This document shows, piece after piece, positions 1 to 13,949 of a DNA stretch of 64,000 nt. The stretch comes from Octopus vulgaris. Its lineage: Eukaryota. The stretch lies in NCBI GenBank assembly GCA_951406725.2, contig OX597817.1, positions 148,056,001 to 148,120,000 on the forward strand, in the 5' to 3' direction. A model generated the notes under the pieces. It was given only the letters and a program-made list of their open reading frames with translations, was not told where the DNA came from and did not search any database. Each line of letters opens with the position of its first letter. Positions within the stretch are counted from its first letter, which is position 1. Position numbers and translations under genes: made by a program.

Positions 1-3000
1 ACATATATATATATATTCTATTTGTAAATCAAAATGGAATTTAATAAAACAAAATATATAATACAAGATTTCTCCATACTCGAACTGTGTTTCTGATCCT
101 TTCTTTGCAAATATAACTCGTTCCTTCATTTGAACTATCCGATTACTTACGGCTTAATCCTAAAACCGTTTTTACCGTCTCCTCGCCGCCACTCAGTTGA
201 ACCATTTGTTATTAAGTACGAAAGTCTTTGCTTTATGCCTCTTGTGTATTTTAGTATTTAATGCTCTGAGTCAGCAAATACCGACTCTAAAGTATTGTTC
301 CTGTTGTAACAGTTATTTTCAGAAAGAATCGGGTGTCTTAAAGAGGATTCAGTTCTATAGATTTGAAGATACATTCTTGCATTAATAAGACTGAGCTAAC
401 ATTACAAACCAGAATGAATTGAACTTATTATGACATACACAGCTAGTAAACCGATACAATATATCTTAGTGAATAGATAGAAACCACAGTGTTTTCAGCG
501 GCCTATAGTAACCTCACTATGCGGTGGCCCCAGATGAGTAATAACTTTATTAAAGTCACATATATATCTCATCTCTATTCGTAATAAACAATAAAAATAT
601 ATAATTAGATCTACATTAATGATCGCAAAATTTAAGAAAGGGTATTTGCAGTTTATGAATATTTACTTCTACGCGCTGTATATCGATAGTTAAAGTCTCT
701 GCCCAGCTACATATCATTTGTTAGAATAGTCACGTGTATGTGAATGTTGTCTTACATATCGTTGATATTTGTTTATTAGAATTAGATATTATTATTAATG
801 AAATAGTTTTCTTGCAGCAATAAATATTATATTCACTATTATGTTGCAGAAATTTAAGAGAATTTCAAATTCTATTTTATTTCAACTTATTGTCTTTCAA
901 GACGTTTTCGACGAAAATCTTCTATTCTTTCATTATATTGCTGATGCCATTCAATATATTCTCAGTGAAGGAGAAGACAAAGATTGAATAAGGAGAACGA
1001 GAATGAGGAGAAGCAACAATTTCAGAATATAAGCTATAAAAAGACAATAAGGGGAGATGCAGCTGAGAAAGAAAATAATGATGGAAAATCGTAGAATAGT
1101 TCTACTGAGGCCGGTCTTAAAAAAAAAAAGAAGAAAACAAATTATTGGAGAAGGGTGTGAGAAAAAGAAGGGAGAAGGGGTGAGAGGAGAAATTCGTATG
1201 ATGGAATGAAATGGGAGAAAAGAGTTTATGTTGCAAGCTATAATAAAATAGAGACAGAAAGGGAGAGGAAAGAGAAAATGTAAAAACGAAAGTAGAAAAA
1301 TAAAAAAAGTAATAACTAAAAAACAAAATTAATAAAAATGTGGATGTGATAAAAGTGCTTGAAGGAATGTGAAAAATATAAAGAAAGAATTGAGGACAGA
1401 AGGGAGGTGTGGGATTTGATTTGGTAACTAGTTGACACTTATGTCAAGAAATATTTTGAACTTTCCAAGCCAAGGCTCTGAAAAGAAAATCGTTGCTAAA
1501 TCTGCTGACGCCAGTTGAACCTGTCTAGAAAACAAGGAAATCAACCATTCAATTATATTCAGTGCCTTGCAATTGAAACCAAGCATTGATCGTAGTGAGT
1601 CACGACGTGAAATTGTAGACAATAACCTCACACGTATCTAGCACACTCGTTTCTCCACCATCCATTCCGTCCTGTCGCCCATTGTGCTAAGTTGCTTACA
1701 CAAAAGTTGTTCTAAGTTGGCTAAATCAAATAAGAGATGTGTCCATTAGCAAGGGTGTTGCCACTGCTGTTTATACACGCCTGTCAATGGCAGTTTCGGG
1801 TGAACGAATGTGTATAGGTGACGTTAACAGGCTAAGTGTTAACGCAAGATAAGGAAAAGCAGAAATTTGTTGGGGAAATATCGAGCCTTTTATTATTGAC
1901 ACTTGATTAGTCTCTGTCTACGAAGTCAGAGCTGGAATTCAAGGCTGAGAGATTTTCTCACATCGATTTCTTGCTAAAGTTTCTCTAGTTGTTAATGTAT
2001 TAAAATATGGAAGTGTTACTAGAATGCAATTGTTGTTCTCTTTTTTTGTTATTGTTGCTTTATTTGCTTTATTTTATAAAGAATAATTGACATTCAGGAA
2101 TTTATATTTCCGGCTACAAAAATTATTATTAAACCCGTGGGACAAGAAGGCACAAACACACGCGCGCGCACACGAGCATAGACATACACAAATACACACA
2201 CACACACACACACAGACACACTAATACACATACACACACAGACACACTAATACATACACAAATACACACACACACGCACTAATACACATACACAAATACA
2301 CACACACAAACACACTAATACGCATACACAAATAAACACACACATACACACAAGAACACAGATAGACAAACACAGATACATACACAAATACAAACGTACA
2401 AAGACTGAGTAATTTAACATTTTTATTAACATTTCAGATAAATCAGAAATTGAATTTAGGAGTGTCGAACGTGTGGAAATAGAATTATGAAAATAGAAAA
2501 TGGGTTAATGAACATTAAATTTTAATCGGAAGGATAGGACAATGAATTTGAAATCGTGGGCTCATGGTCACAATAATCATTGTACGTGGGAGGCTAAGTA
2601 TCATTATTAGTATTTTTTAAAGGATATGTTAAATGTTATATTAATGTCAATTATTATTGTTAGGATAATGAGGACAATTTTGTAATATTATCAAGTAGAA
2701 TATTACTATTATTACTTATAGTCGCTAATCAGTCTAGTCCGAGTAAAACTTATGATCAAATGTATTTCAAATGCGGCAATTCTGTCATGGTATTTCTACT
2801 TTTATATTGTAACTTGTGGCTATATATCTCTTACAAGGTTACGGGCTGTGACACGAGGGGACAAAAGGCTGCTAATACTGTCTGTCCTAGAAATCATCTT
2901 GAGTATCCCTTTCCTTTCTGTTTACATGTTAGGGTTGTTAAATGTTAGATGTATTGTTCCTCGCGTATTACATGTATCACATATTTAGTAAATCTAGCAA

Positions 3001-3287
3001 GATAAATAACATGTTAGAACTTTAGGAAAAACGTTTCATGTAAGTTTAATTTCAAACTATACATTAAAATCGGTCCTTTGTCTTCTTAAAAAATGGGAGA
3101 AGCTAAATTTAGATTCCAGTATCGAATTGAAGCAATGGAATCGCAGAGAGTTAGCGGTGGCTTATATTGGTAACGAGTACAAACTACACGTTCAAAATGT
3201 TCAAGGTTGACCAATACAGTGTGCGAGATTGTGGTAGATGGAAGAATCAATCAGTTGAGGTATTGGATAGACGTATACACACACATA

Positions 3288-3331
<44 letters not shown>

Positions 3332-3335
<4 letters not shown>

Positions 3336-3400
3336 TTTGATTTGATTTTGATTTTTCCAGTTTCAGCTTATGAGCTGTGGCCATGCTGGGGCACCGCCAT
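3332..3400 (-). mobile_element. Short 3'-end fragment of a LINE/SINE with (AAAATC)n tail
   Basis: Minus strand reads ATGGCGGTGCCCCAGCATGGCCACAGCTCATAAGCTGAAACTGG+(AAAATC)n. The same sequence is at 52469-52534 and 62837-62897. It is embedded in (AT)n. Confidence 0.7.
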
Positions 3401-3445
3401 ATATATATATAAAATCAAAATAAGCAACAGGATATCAAGTAGTGA

Positions 3446-3530
3446 TGCAGTATGACCGTTTCAAGTGGCTCCATTTAATTGACGATTGCAATAATTACAT
3501 CATTTAAATGTAGTGCCATCTTCAGCTGCA
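3446..3530 (-). ncRNA. Degenerate hammerhead ribozyme motif (Penelope pLTR-type)
   Basis: UGCAG-CUGAAGA-UGGC...GCCA-cuu-GAAA-CGGUC-AUA-CUGCA. Stem I is UGCAG/CUGCA, with a long imperfect stem II. Confidence 0.55.
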
Positions 3531-4625
3531 TAAATAAATAAATGTAAATTTAACAAGTAGGACGCATTAATGCAATTTTTCTCAAATATTTTAACAGAGC
3601 AAGAATATGGAAGAAATTCATATTGTCGCTATTGTAGCTAAGAACATACTACACTTCTAAGAATCGCATAGAGTATAGAGGGGGCATAGGGTTGTAAGGG
3701 ATTGTAATTCATTTCTAATTCATTTATCTCTATATCAACTACTAAATCTAAGTCTAGAAGACTGTGTCTATTTTGAATAAAGGACAAGAGTGAATTGACA
3801 ATTCATGGTTAGGTACGGTCATAAATATTAAAATATGTATCCATATTCCTTAGGGAAGAAATAAGTCATTAGGGGCATTCAGTTGGATATAAGTAACTGT
3901 CTATAAAAAGTGGCGGGTAGTGGTAGACTTTAAATCATGATGCTAATCACCAGTTAAATGGGCAAGACACTGAGAAATCTAAGATGATGATATCGAAAAA
4001 ATTTTATTTAGGGGCGCTATGGGTAATTGTTTATAAACAATATTGTTAAGTTTTATAAAAATAAAATTTAAGAATTTCGGAAATGATATCATAACCAAAA
4101 TAGGTAAAAGGTGTATATATATATATATATATATATATCAATTATAAACATTAAAAAGGAAGATTTCATAGAACCATTTTAATACTCATTGGTCTACTTA
4201 ATTATTTACTAGGTGGTTTCTATAAAGACTGCTCAGGGGATTTACTTATGGAATAACTGGAAAGATATAAATGTTATCTATTAATTTTAAACCATCAATC
4301 AGAAAAATGTAAAGATGACTACAGATACACACACATTTATATTTTTGCATATATGTATATATACACATACGAAAATAGCTATACATTTATATGGATATAG
4401 TATAAATATCTCGCATAGAGTTAAGTAACTGAAAAATATCTATTTAAGAAAAAGAAAAATAATTTATAAGGGATAAGAGGTTAATAAGTATATCAAAATA
4501 AGAAAACAAGCCCGCCATTTACATAGATGTATAAAGGGTGAACATTTCTATATGCTACGTTGGATACATTGGTTGTTCGTCTGGTATGTTGATTTTGTTC
4601 ATTCGTTATAAGTCTTGAATTATGC

Positions 4626-4685
4626 TTGCACTGATGACTAAAAAGTGCATTACTGCACTAATTATGAAATCACGGTGATCTGCAA
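4626..4685 (+). ncRNA. Type I hammerhead ribozyme motif
   Basis: UUGCA-CUGAUGA-cuaaa AGUGCA uuac UGCACU aauuau-GAAA-UCACGGUGA-UC-UGCAA. Stem I is UUGCA/UGCAA, helix III is near-palindromic, and the cleavage triplet is AUC. Confidence 0.7.
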
Positions 4686-4930
4686 TTAAATTCCGTTTTT
4701 AAATGAGCTGCTTCGAGAGTTGCATTCGGTATGATGTGTTTATTTATTTTGATAGTTTTGACTTTAAGAGTCCCTCCTAGCGTGTGCCATTTATGTATAG
4801 TAATGCCTCTATATAATATAAATAAATATATTTAAGTGAAAAAATTGGTGGAATTTTTCTCTTATGAGGTTTTTCACGCTAACTACTTGATAAGTTCTTA
4901 TAAAGATTTTTAAATTGTATATATATATAC

Positions 4931-4992
<62 letters not shown>

Positions 4993-5102
4993 ACAGACGT
5001 ATGAGTAAGCAAACGAAGGAAACACATTTAGTAGGACTTACATATAGTATTATATAAAACAGCCAAATCGACGAACTGAACCCGGTGACCTAGGTTTCCG
5101 TA

Positions 5103-5184
5103 CAGTACTATTTCTACTTCACGGATTTTCACCTATCGCGAGGTGTTCTCGAACGTAACACCCGCGATAGTCAAGGGATTACTG
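5103..5184. mobile_element. Small pogo/Tigger-like MITE remnant
   Basis: TA|CAGTA...TACTG|TA termini with internal CTATCGCG...CGCGATAG inverted repeat. Confidence 0.5.
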
Positions 5185-5719
5185 TATATTTACGTACTTT
5201 TCTGCTTATATGTCTGTGTTCAGTTAACATTTCTTATTAACATTAAGACCATATTTAAATTTTACTGTTCTTTGACGGTGATAAAATATTTATATATACT
5301 AAATTAATTGTCATTATTTAATTCATGAATAAAAATTACATTACTGTGCGTTACTTTGTTATGTTACACTTTAAATGAAATCTGAACTCAAAAACTTTAT
5401 ACCTGTGAGACTATTTATATGTATAACCACCTAGATATAATGAACATATTCAATATTCAATAACAATAGAAAGATACTTGGCGCTGCCCGGGGAATATAG
5501 CACTCAATTCTCGACTAATTAGTTAAATTTAAATCATGGTGATTCTGCAAAAATATATTATTTCAAGCACTTGTTTATCTAACGTTTAGCAGCGGTTCAT
5601 TGTTTCGTTATACATGTTAAAATTTTACATGCGTTTCATTAAATTACTACAAAGATAAATTACTCAAAAGCATAATAGCTGTTAGAAGCTATTCAATATA
5701 TCACTTATCTATTTGTCTG

Positions 5720-5805
<86 letters not shown>

Positions 5806-5988
5806 ATACACACACTAAACATTCGTGCGCATGCACAACAGCTTTCAAGTTCAATCTGTGCCCGGCGGCTTCATTCTGCGTGCTTTAGTGTGTGTGTGTG
5901 TGTGTGCGTGCGGGTGTGCGTGTGTTGTGTATGTGTGTGTAAGTGTATGTATGTATATATATATATATTTATATACACACATACACAC

Positions 5989-6046
<58 letters not shown>

Positions 6047-6215
6047 GTATATATACGGGTGTGTATGATTGTGTATAGAAGAATATATTAATAAAAGGAA
6101 TTCCAGCCTTGTCTGATTTTCACGTTTTATTTACAATCTTATAATGATATAATATAAGCTAATATAATATAATAAAATAAAATAAAATAATGGAATGCTA
6201 AATGTTCATTCTGAT

Positions 6216-6260
6216 TGAACTAGTACTTTCATGCATTAAATAATGCAATCTTCAGGTTCA
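6216..6260 (-). ncRNA. Minimal hammerhead ribozyme in the Penelope pLTR
   Basis: UGAAC-CUGAAGA-uUGCAUUA uu UAAUGCAu-GAAA-GUAC-UA-GUUCA. Helix III is the palindrome AGUACU. Confidence 0.8.
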
Positions 6261-6322
6261 TGTAGTAGTGGTGTCAGTCATGCTTCACAATTTGTGACTG
6301 CAGCGAGATGGTTAAATCTGTG

Positions 6323-6421
6323 CCTTAAATACACCTGCGCGGGCTCCAGTTACTAGGTTTTGCAAACTGTATTCTGACCAATCAGTGTGTAGCATCACTC
6401 AATTACTTAAGCTGATTGGTT
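6323..6421 (-). promoter_or_regulatory. Putative pLTR Pol II promoter (CCAAT boxes plus TATA-like box)
   Basis: Inverted CCAATCAG pair at ~6378 and ~6412-6419. TATTTAAG on the minus strand at ~6324-6331, about 65 nt upstream of the hammerhead. Confidence 0.4.
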
Positions 6422-6732
6422 GGTTTAGGCGTCACGCTTTGTTGAACATGTCAAGAGTCCTGTATCTTAACCCCGGCCGAGGCAGCAATTGTTGGGCTAT
6501 TTTTAGAAATGTTGTAAATAGCCTTTGTCAGGGATTTTTATATTTCAGTTGTCATCATCATCATTGTCAGCACCTTAATTATTGTTGCTAGTGGTGATGG
6601 TGGTGGCAATAGAACTTTTAACCCTAAATAAGAAAATTTTCCTGCTATCTTCATCTTGATCACCTTTAGTATTGTTGTTGTTGTTAGTGGTCATGGTCGT
6701 AGCAGTAGAAGTAGTACCTCTAAGTATTATTA

Positions 6733-7182
6733 TTATTCCTTATTTAGCTTGGGTTTAAATTTATCAATAAAATTCTTTTCTCTGATTTTCCTCTCGATTT
6801 CACTTGGGGTGCGTAATTTGTAGAATGGAAATATTATATATATTTTCCGACCACATGTTGCTAGGTGGTTACTCAAAGGTATCTGACGGACTTCTGGGTT
6901 TCTAATCTGTTGTCGGTGTACACGTGAGCGTTCTGATAGTGCATTTCCCGTCTGACCTACATATATTTCTTCACAATTTGGGCATTTGATGCAGTAAATT
7001 AAATTTCTGCTTTTGCAGTTCATATTCGCGTTTGTGAATATTTTCCCGGTTTTTGTGTTTATATATTGGCCGGTATGTATGAATTGGCAAGTGCCACATC
7101 GGCTATCATTGCATTTAGATACAGTGAATGTTTGGTCTTTGTTGCTAAGGTCAAATTTTGCCTTTGTTAGTAATTTTTTCAA
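6733..7182 (-). pseudogene. GIY-YIG endonuclease domain of the Penelope-like element
   Basis: LIYCIKCPNCEEIYVGQTG..LSER...HR, with C-terminal RE..FI..F.P.LN typical of PLE endonucleases. Confidence 0.88.
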
Positions 7183-8402
7183 GAACCATAGCTTGATCCG
7201 TGATTATATCTTTTAATTCATTACTTTGAGCAATGGTTGGTAGGTTTGCTTTGGCAATGTTGACGATATTCTGGTGACATGGATTGTGTGTCACTATGAA
7301 TGGTATGACTTGTTCTTGTTTTCCTCTTCCTTGGGTTGTCCTAAGTTGTTGTATGGGTATTTTTATAGCCCACTGTATGCCATTTTCTATAAGTAGAGAT
7401 GGGTATTTTTGTTTGAGCAAAAATTCTCTTAGTTCTGTTAGGCGTTTGTTCCTGATATTTGCATCTTCTACAATGGTACAAATTCTTCTGGCTAGGCAGT
7501 ATGGGATGTTGCATTTTGTATGTGGTGGGTGGCACGACTTAAAATTCAGGTATTGATGTGTGTCTGTGTGTTTATGGTATATATCTGTGGTGATGGTGGT
7601 GTCCTTTTTAATTACCATTATATCTAGGAATGGTAAATTTGTAAATTGGAGAAATGGGTGTAGATTGTTCTGGAGGATATTGAACTCTTCCAGAGTATTT
7701 AGAGATTCTGTCCAGATTATGAAGCAGTCATCAAGGTATCTCTTCCATGCCTTTTCAATATACTTTCTAAATCCAGTGCCATAGTTTACCTCCACCTCTT
7801 GGTTGAGTTGTTGTTCTAAGTATCTCATTACAGAGTTGGAGTAAACGGGAGCAAACCTCGTTCCCATCGCCGTGCCTCTAATTTGGATGTAATTCTTTCT
7901 ATTGAAGAAGAATGTGTTGTTTTCTTGAATAAGTTTGACTGTGTCTAATATAAATGGCACTGTGAATCTGCTGGGAATCACTTCTCTATGTTTTTCTAAC
8001 CAGTATTTAATCGCCTTTAATCCTAAATCGTGTGGAATATTGGTATAGAGGCTTACCACATCAAAACTTAGTAAAACTGAATTTGTTTCTGTTGTTTTGG
8101 GAAGATGGGACAGGAAGTCGATGTCATGCCTGATGAAACTGGGTATGTAAGTACATAGTGGTTTCAAAACAATGTCAATGAAATTGCTTAGACGGTGGGT
8201 AGGGCATGCTGGACCAGCTATAATAGGTCTAAGTTTTAGGTCTTTTGGATGTAGTAATTTTATGTACTCACTTTCTTGTTCTTTTACTGCATGTTGAATA
8301 TCTTTTGATTTATGTATTTTCGGTAGGCCGTAGAAGTTGCTGGGTCTTGGTTCGAAATTGGTGATGTAGTCTCTTTCATTATCGGTAAGTGAGTTGTAGT
8401 GT
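7151..8402 (-). pseudogene. Penelope-like reverse transcriptase (frame extends ~78 codons upstream of the listed ORF start at 8167)
   Basis: Manual translation upstream of 8167 gives YNSLTDNERDYITNFEPRPSNFYGLPKIHKS...LRPIIAGPACPTHRLSNFIDIVLKPL with no stop. RT catalytic motif YLDD is present. Confidence 0.9.
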
Positions 8403-10082
8403 GTGTATATACAGAAACGAACTTATACGCACTCACGCACACTCATGCATGCATGCATGCATACATATATATACATACATACATACATACATACATACAT
8501 GAATACACACATACATACACATATACATGCAGCATACGCATATATGTGTAGCATATCAAAGTTGCCAGGCTGAGTAAGGGCCGGCGATAATTTGATAGAG
8601 AAAAAAGAGAGTAGAAGATTGACAAGATAAATTGATTATGAAATATAATATGTAAATATGTAGTGAGAAAGGAATAGTAATTCTGGAAAATAGGCAAATA
8701 TGGAAGTCAGAGAAAGTGATAGAAACAAAAAGAGAGCGTGAAAGAAAAACAGAATTATATAATGAAAGAAAAACAGACTTTTATCAGTCGGGTTATGAAC
8801 GCCTATAAAAAAGGGTTGGAAGAGTAATATATATATTTCGTATGAAACGAAACTTCACTATTTCCAAGTGGCGTGATGTCTCTCTTTTATTGAAATATAG
8901 AGAGTCTGGAATCAGTTTTGTTATACATAAATGTACAAATCGGATGCCACTGAAAACTTTAAAGTGTCAAAATATGTGTTGGCCCAACACCTCAGCATAC
9001 AACATACATTTGAGCTTAAGAGGAACGCGGTCTTCTCAGCTAAACTCGAGTAACTTTGCGAGAGTGTCCCCGAAGTTAAATGTCAGCGGATATTTCACAG
9101 GCTGTTGTCTAGTTACCGAAATAATTGTTGGTAAATAAAGCGTAAATCCATAGTGTTGAACATCCATGTCAGCCTTTAACGGCATACTATTTTCAATGTA
9201 TATGGTCAGTGCTTGGTTATACAAGGCAGAGGTAAACTCAAGGTGTGCTTATTTTTTTCTCTCTTCTGGCAAATAGATTATGTCTCCATGCTGTCCTGGT
9301 GATTATGCCAAAGTGCCAAAGTTACTGAGAAATGGATGGCGACAGGCAAAGAAAATGATAGTGAAGAGCTTCCTCTTCTTACTTCCGATATATTATTCCA
9401 GTTTCTATCATGTTCCAAGCAGTTTCTTCTCTAGAAAGATTTGTGGCAAGCATTTACCTTCTAGAATGAGACAACTCCATGAACATTTTTCAGGAGCTCT
9501 CAGCAATTTGAGAAAATAAATTTCTATAATATTTAATTCAAAAATCATCTCTTCAAAAACATATTATGTTCAAGATACCATCGAAAATACAACCAGCATC
9601 ATTCAGTCTTTCATTGCTTTACAACCATATTTGAATATATCAGCCCCAAATTATATTTATTTAAAGTAATCTCCCAGCATGTGTCATAATACGGACAGAA
9701 AATTATAGACTCTATATATCACAAACCAGGCACTAATAAAATTTATCATTTAAAAACATCACATGCTTGAAAAATTACTCTGAAGATTTAAATTTATTTT
9801 TTGATGTTTTCACGTTTAAATATGTTTATATTTATAAAATAATCGCGTATTATGCTCCATGTATCATATTATTAGTTTGTTGTAATGTTAAAATACATTA
9901 AAAAATTTATCAGAACGATTTATTAAACATAAAACTTGAGTATATTGAGAACATAAGCATATATAAATGGGAAAGAATAAAATAATAAATTATTTTCTGT
10001 ATTGTGTGGTACTAAAAGACCGCATGATAACATTTTGAAGATATCAGTATTAAATGCAGGATATAACAAATGAAAGCTTTTT

Positions 10083-10124
<42 letters not shown>

Positions 10125-10360
10125 TATACATGCACATATATGTGTACATATATATGTACATATATATGTATATATGCTGATGGATGTATGTGTGCGTTTA
10201 TGAGTGAGCGTTTATAAGTGCGAGTGAGCTAAAGAGGCATTAAAGGAAGTCTGAATGTAAAGAAAAATGCTTGACTGCCTATATTTCTGTATCCCTCACT
10301 AACGCTTTTACGTAATGAAAAATTCGAAACAGTTATATTATAACTTTCTGACCATCATAA

Positions 10361-10587
10361 TTTCCTCTTTATTGCCCACAGGGGTTTAAACATAGAGGGG
10401 ACAAAGACAGACAAAGGGATCAAGTCGATTATATCGACCCCAGTGCGTAACTGGTAATTATTTAATTAACACCGAAAGGATAAAAAGCAAAGTCGACCTC
10501 GGCGGTACTTGAACTCAGAGCGTAACAGTAAACGAAATACCGCTAAGCATTTCGCCCGGCGTGCTAACGATTCTGCCAGCTCACCGC
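10361..10587 (-). mobile_element. tRNA-derived SINE, family A (GCGGTGAGCTGGCAGAATCGTTAGCACG...)
   Basis: A-box-like 5' end and B-box-like GAGTTCAA. Homologous copies are at 19868-20077 and 59890-60092. Confidence 0.8.
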
Positions 10588-10995
10588 TGTGTAGTAATAG
10601 AGATAAAACCTTAATGATCATCATTGGTAATCTCTCCAGGTCAAGGATGATTATTCACCAGATTTCTTATTTATGGGCTAACATGTGGATATATAGGCCA
10701 GTGTAGGTCTCACGAGCCTGGTCATAGACTGGAAACTAGTTCGAGCGTATCACTCAGGCTTGCGAGGAAGGGATGGCCTCCCTTTGCAAATACTCCAAGG
10801 ACACTGATATTGTGTCTAAAGCCAGCTTGAGACGAAGATCTCTTGGGGCTATAAAGCTACAGTAACACCCCTTCCCCAATGTGGTTAGCCATGATAAGAT
10901 GGCTTCTATACTTTACATTATTAATACAGTTCTATATTTAAGAGATGTACATTATTTACATTTGACGGATATTTGTCCTCATCTTGATTGTTATT

Positions 10996-11041
10996 AACTC
11001 AACGTTTCGGCTAATATATACTCCAGGCTTCATCAGATGTT
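10996..11041 (-). ncRNA. Hammerhead motif in the tail of the tRNA-head element
   Basis: AACAU-CUGAUGA-A-GCCUG...UAGCC-GAAA-CG-UU-GAGUU. Core intact, stems I and II with mismatches. Confidence 0.6.
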
Positions 11042-11116
11042 TTGGGGGAATTTCGTCACTTGATTCTCATTCGTAAGGTATTTTTCGATATTGTCGTTGT
11101 CGTTATTATTATTATA

Positions 11117-11700
11117 ATCTTTTTTTCTTCTTCCTTCAAATTTGCTTCCATTTCTTGCCGAGTGTCTTCCCGACTCCTAGCGGAAAGAAACTCACAGTAT
11201 ACATTGGTAGGCCATTAAACTAAATTCACTTGTTCGTTCGTTCATTTTTTTTTTTTGATAGAAATAAAGTTAAATTAAAATACATGGGTAGTAATAGTTC
11301 TCACATCGACAATGCTCTTCTCAATACGTGTGATGTACCAGTTAAGAAAATCTTTTGCACTTCTTGCAGGGATGGTAAGCCAGGGATCAGTCTCATATAA
11401 TTTTCGGTTCCCTTCTTGATCATTCCTAGTGCTCCTACGATCACTGGTATTGTAACCGCTTTGAGATGCCACATTTTCTCAATTTCAATGAGCAGGTCTT
11501 TATATTTTCTGAGCTTGTCAAACTCTTTCGCCGAGATATTATGATCACAGGGGATGCTCATGTCTATCAATAAGCAAACTTTATTGTTTTGGTCTTTTAC
11601 AACAATATCCGGTTTATTGTCTTTGATGGTTCGGTTTGTATGTACTGGAAAGTCCCACAGAATCGTTGCATTTTCTCCTTCAGTTACAGCTTCAGGGTGT
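11117..11700 (-). mobile_element. 5'-truncated R4/Dong-clade LINE 3' end (restriction-like endonuclease + 3'UTR)
   Basis: ILWDFPVHTNRTIKDNKPDIVV...LLIDMSIP...KLRKYKDL...PVIVGALG (PD..D..K RLE motif). Flanked by (AAT)n on the sense strand. Confidence 0.88.
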
Positions 11701-11710
11701 ATTATTATTA

Positions 11711-11817
<107 letters not shown>

Positions 11818-12176
11818 TAGGTCACTGCCTCGAATCGAACTCTGAATCTTGGGGTTAATAGCCGGCGCTCTTAACCACTACAAGGACAAAGAAATCGAGT
11901 CCATAACATAGCCATATGCCCACGGGCATATGGCGCAGTGGTTAAGAGCGTGGGATACTAAGCCCAAGGATCCGAGTTCGATTCCAGGTAGTGACCTGAA
12001 TAATAATAATAACAATAATAATAATAATAATAATAATAATGATGATGATAATAATAATAATAATAATAATGATGATGATGATGATAATAATAATAATAAT
12101 GATAATAATAATATTAATAATAACAACAAGATCGAAATATAGATTAGGAATGAGAATCCAGGTTCGAAATTCCCCG

Positions 12177-12223
12177 AAGACACCTTATGAAACTGGAGGG
12201 TATATCAGCTGAAACATTGTCTT
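12177..12223 (+). ncRNA. Degenerate hammerhead motif (right arm of dimer)
   Basis: GACAC-CUUAUGA-aACUG...CAGCU-GAAA-CAUU-GUCUU. Homologous to 10996-11041, with a mutated core. Confidence 0.45.
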
Positions 12224-12874
12224 AACAACAAACGAGATGAGGACAAATATCCGTCAAATGTAAATAAAGTGAAAATTGTTCGTTCTGTGAGAGGAGAGAA
12301 TCCGTTGCTGATTATTTTGTACTACTTTCCTTTCTTTGGCCACGTTTATCATTAGGATGTTCTGTCTTCATACCAACTGAATGCAGTTAGTCTACAATTT
12401 GCATTTTTTGATCCATCCGTATTTTACTTCAAGATCTAAGCATGCACACATTCTGAGTGAAATTTCGTAATGATTCCTTAAGAATGATTGAGGTTGTTGC
12501 AAGACAAATGAATAAGTATCGGCGTATTTAGAAAGGGTTCTTTTGCATCTCAGTCTGTTTGATTAAATCCAACATCCCTGCCTACCCATTTCCCTTAAAA
12601 TTACCTTTGTACCTGTGGATGTGGCTATGAATGCGTGCAGCTGAGAATCGATGTATGCATGCACATTTCCATGTATGTATGTATTTATGTATGTATGTAT
12701 GTATGTATGTATGCATGCTCATTTCTATGTATGTATGCGTGTACGTATGTATGTATGCATGCATATATGTATTATGTAGGTATGTACGAGTGTATCTATC
12801 TACCGAATCAACGAACTAATTTTGTGCTTCTCTATGTATATAGCTCTCTGATTAACTATACAGATAGATATACA

Positions 12875-13270
<396 letters not shown>

Positions 13271-13949
13271 TGTGCGTGTGTACACATTCAGCTCTTTTTT
13301 CGAGTTCCTATATAATCTAGCTTAATGTTTATATTAACTTCGGCTTTGGTCTTTTACGCACGCCTGCTCTTTATTCTTCGTCCGTTTTTGCCCGTGTTCC
13401 CCTTTTTCCTTTTTATAAGAAACATTTGGCAGCAATAAAATAAACTCTAGCATCGCTTTCATTCTATATTTACGGGTGATGTTCCCGGAAATTCTTCCTG
13501 CACAATTTCGAAAGAAAATATGCAGTTCGGATTTACACAAAGGAAATGATCTTATTGGCAATGATTTGGTTTCTTTTATAAACTACCATTAAAAGGGCTT
13601 TCAGGAATTTTATATCTTTTAACACTGGTGCATAACCAAATACTACATGGTTTTTGGCAAAATCTTTCAACATTCCAAACAGCTATTTCCCCTCTTCAAA
13701 AACAACCTACTTATACAATATCTTTAGAAGTCTTACAATTGACTGGAAAATATAATGATATCATTGAGTAATTATATCCGAAGAAAGGGCTGCAGAGAAA
13801 TGAATAAGGCTAAATTATTGTGTAACAAGAAGCTAGAAAGCGAGATAATGAATTCTTTAAAACACAAATCATGTGAAATCACATTCAAACCTATTTTTTG
13901 AAATCTTACATTAATCATTTCATGGCTATGGTACTGGAATAACTAATCG

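Larger units (their letters stand above)
6090..8402 (-). mobile_element. 5'-truncated Penelope-like retroelement (Neptune-type): RT + Cys/His linker + GIY-YIG endonuclease + 3' pLTR
   Basis: Frame open from ~8402 (FYGLPKIHK, LRPII, FDVVSLYTNI, GTAMG, RYLDD, FLDI), frameshift near 7180, then CxxxxCxxC..H and NLIYCIKC..C..IYVGQT. A hammerhead lies downstream in the same orientation. Confidence 0.92.

Noticed and set aside
8842-9560. Short ORFs possibly from a host exon or a Maverick/transposase relic
   Set aside because: No motif I can confidently recognise, and no consistent frame or splice pattern.
11819-12000. Pair of tRNA genes (also 61260-61404)
   Set aside because: Acceptor stems do not pair, there is no oligo-T terminator, and copies are diverged and fused to repeat tails: these are SINE-type heads.
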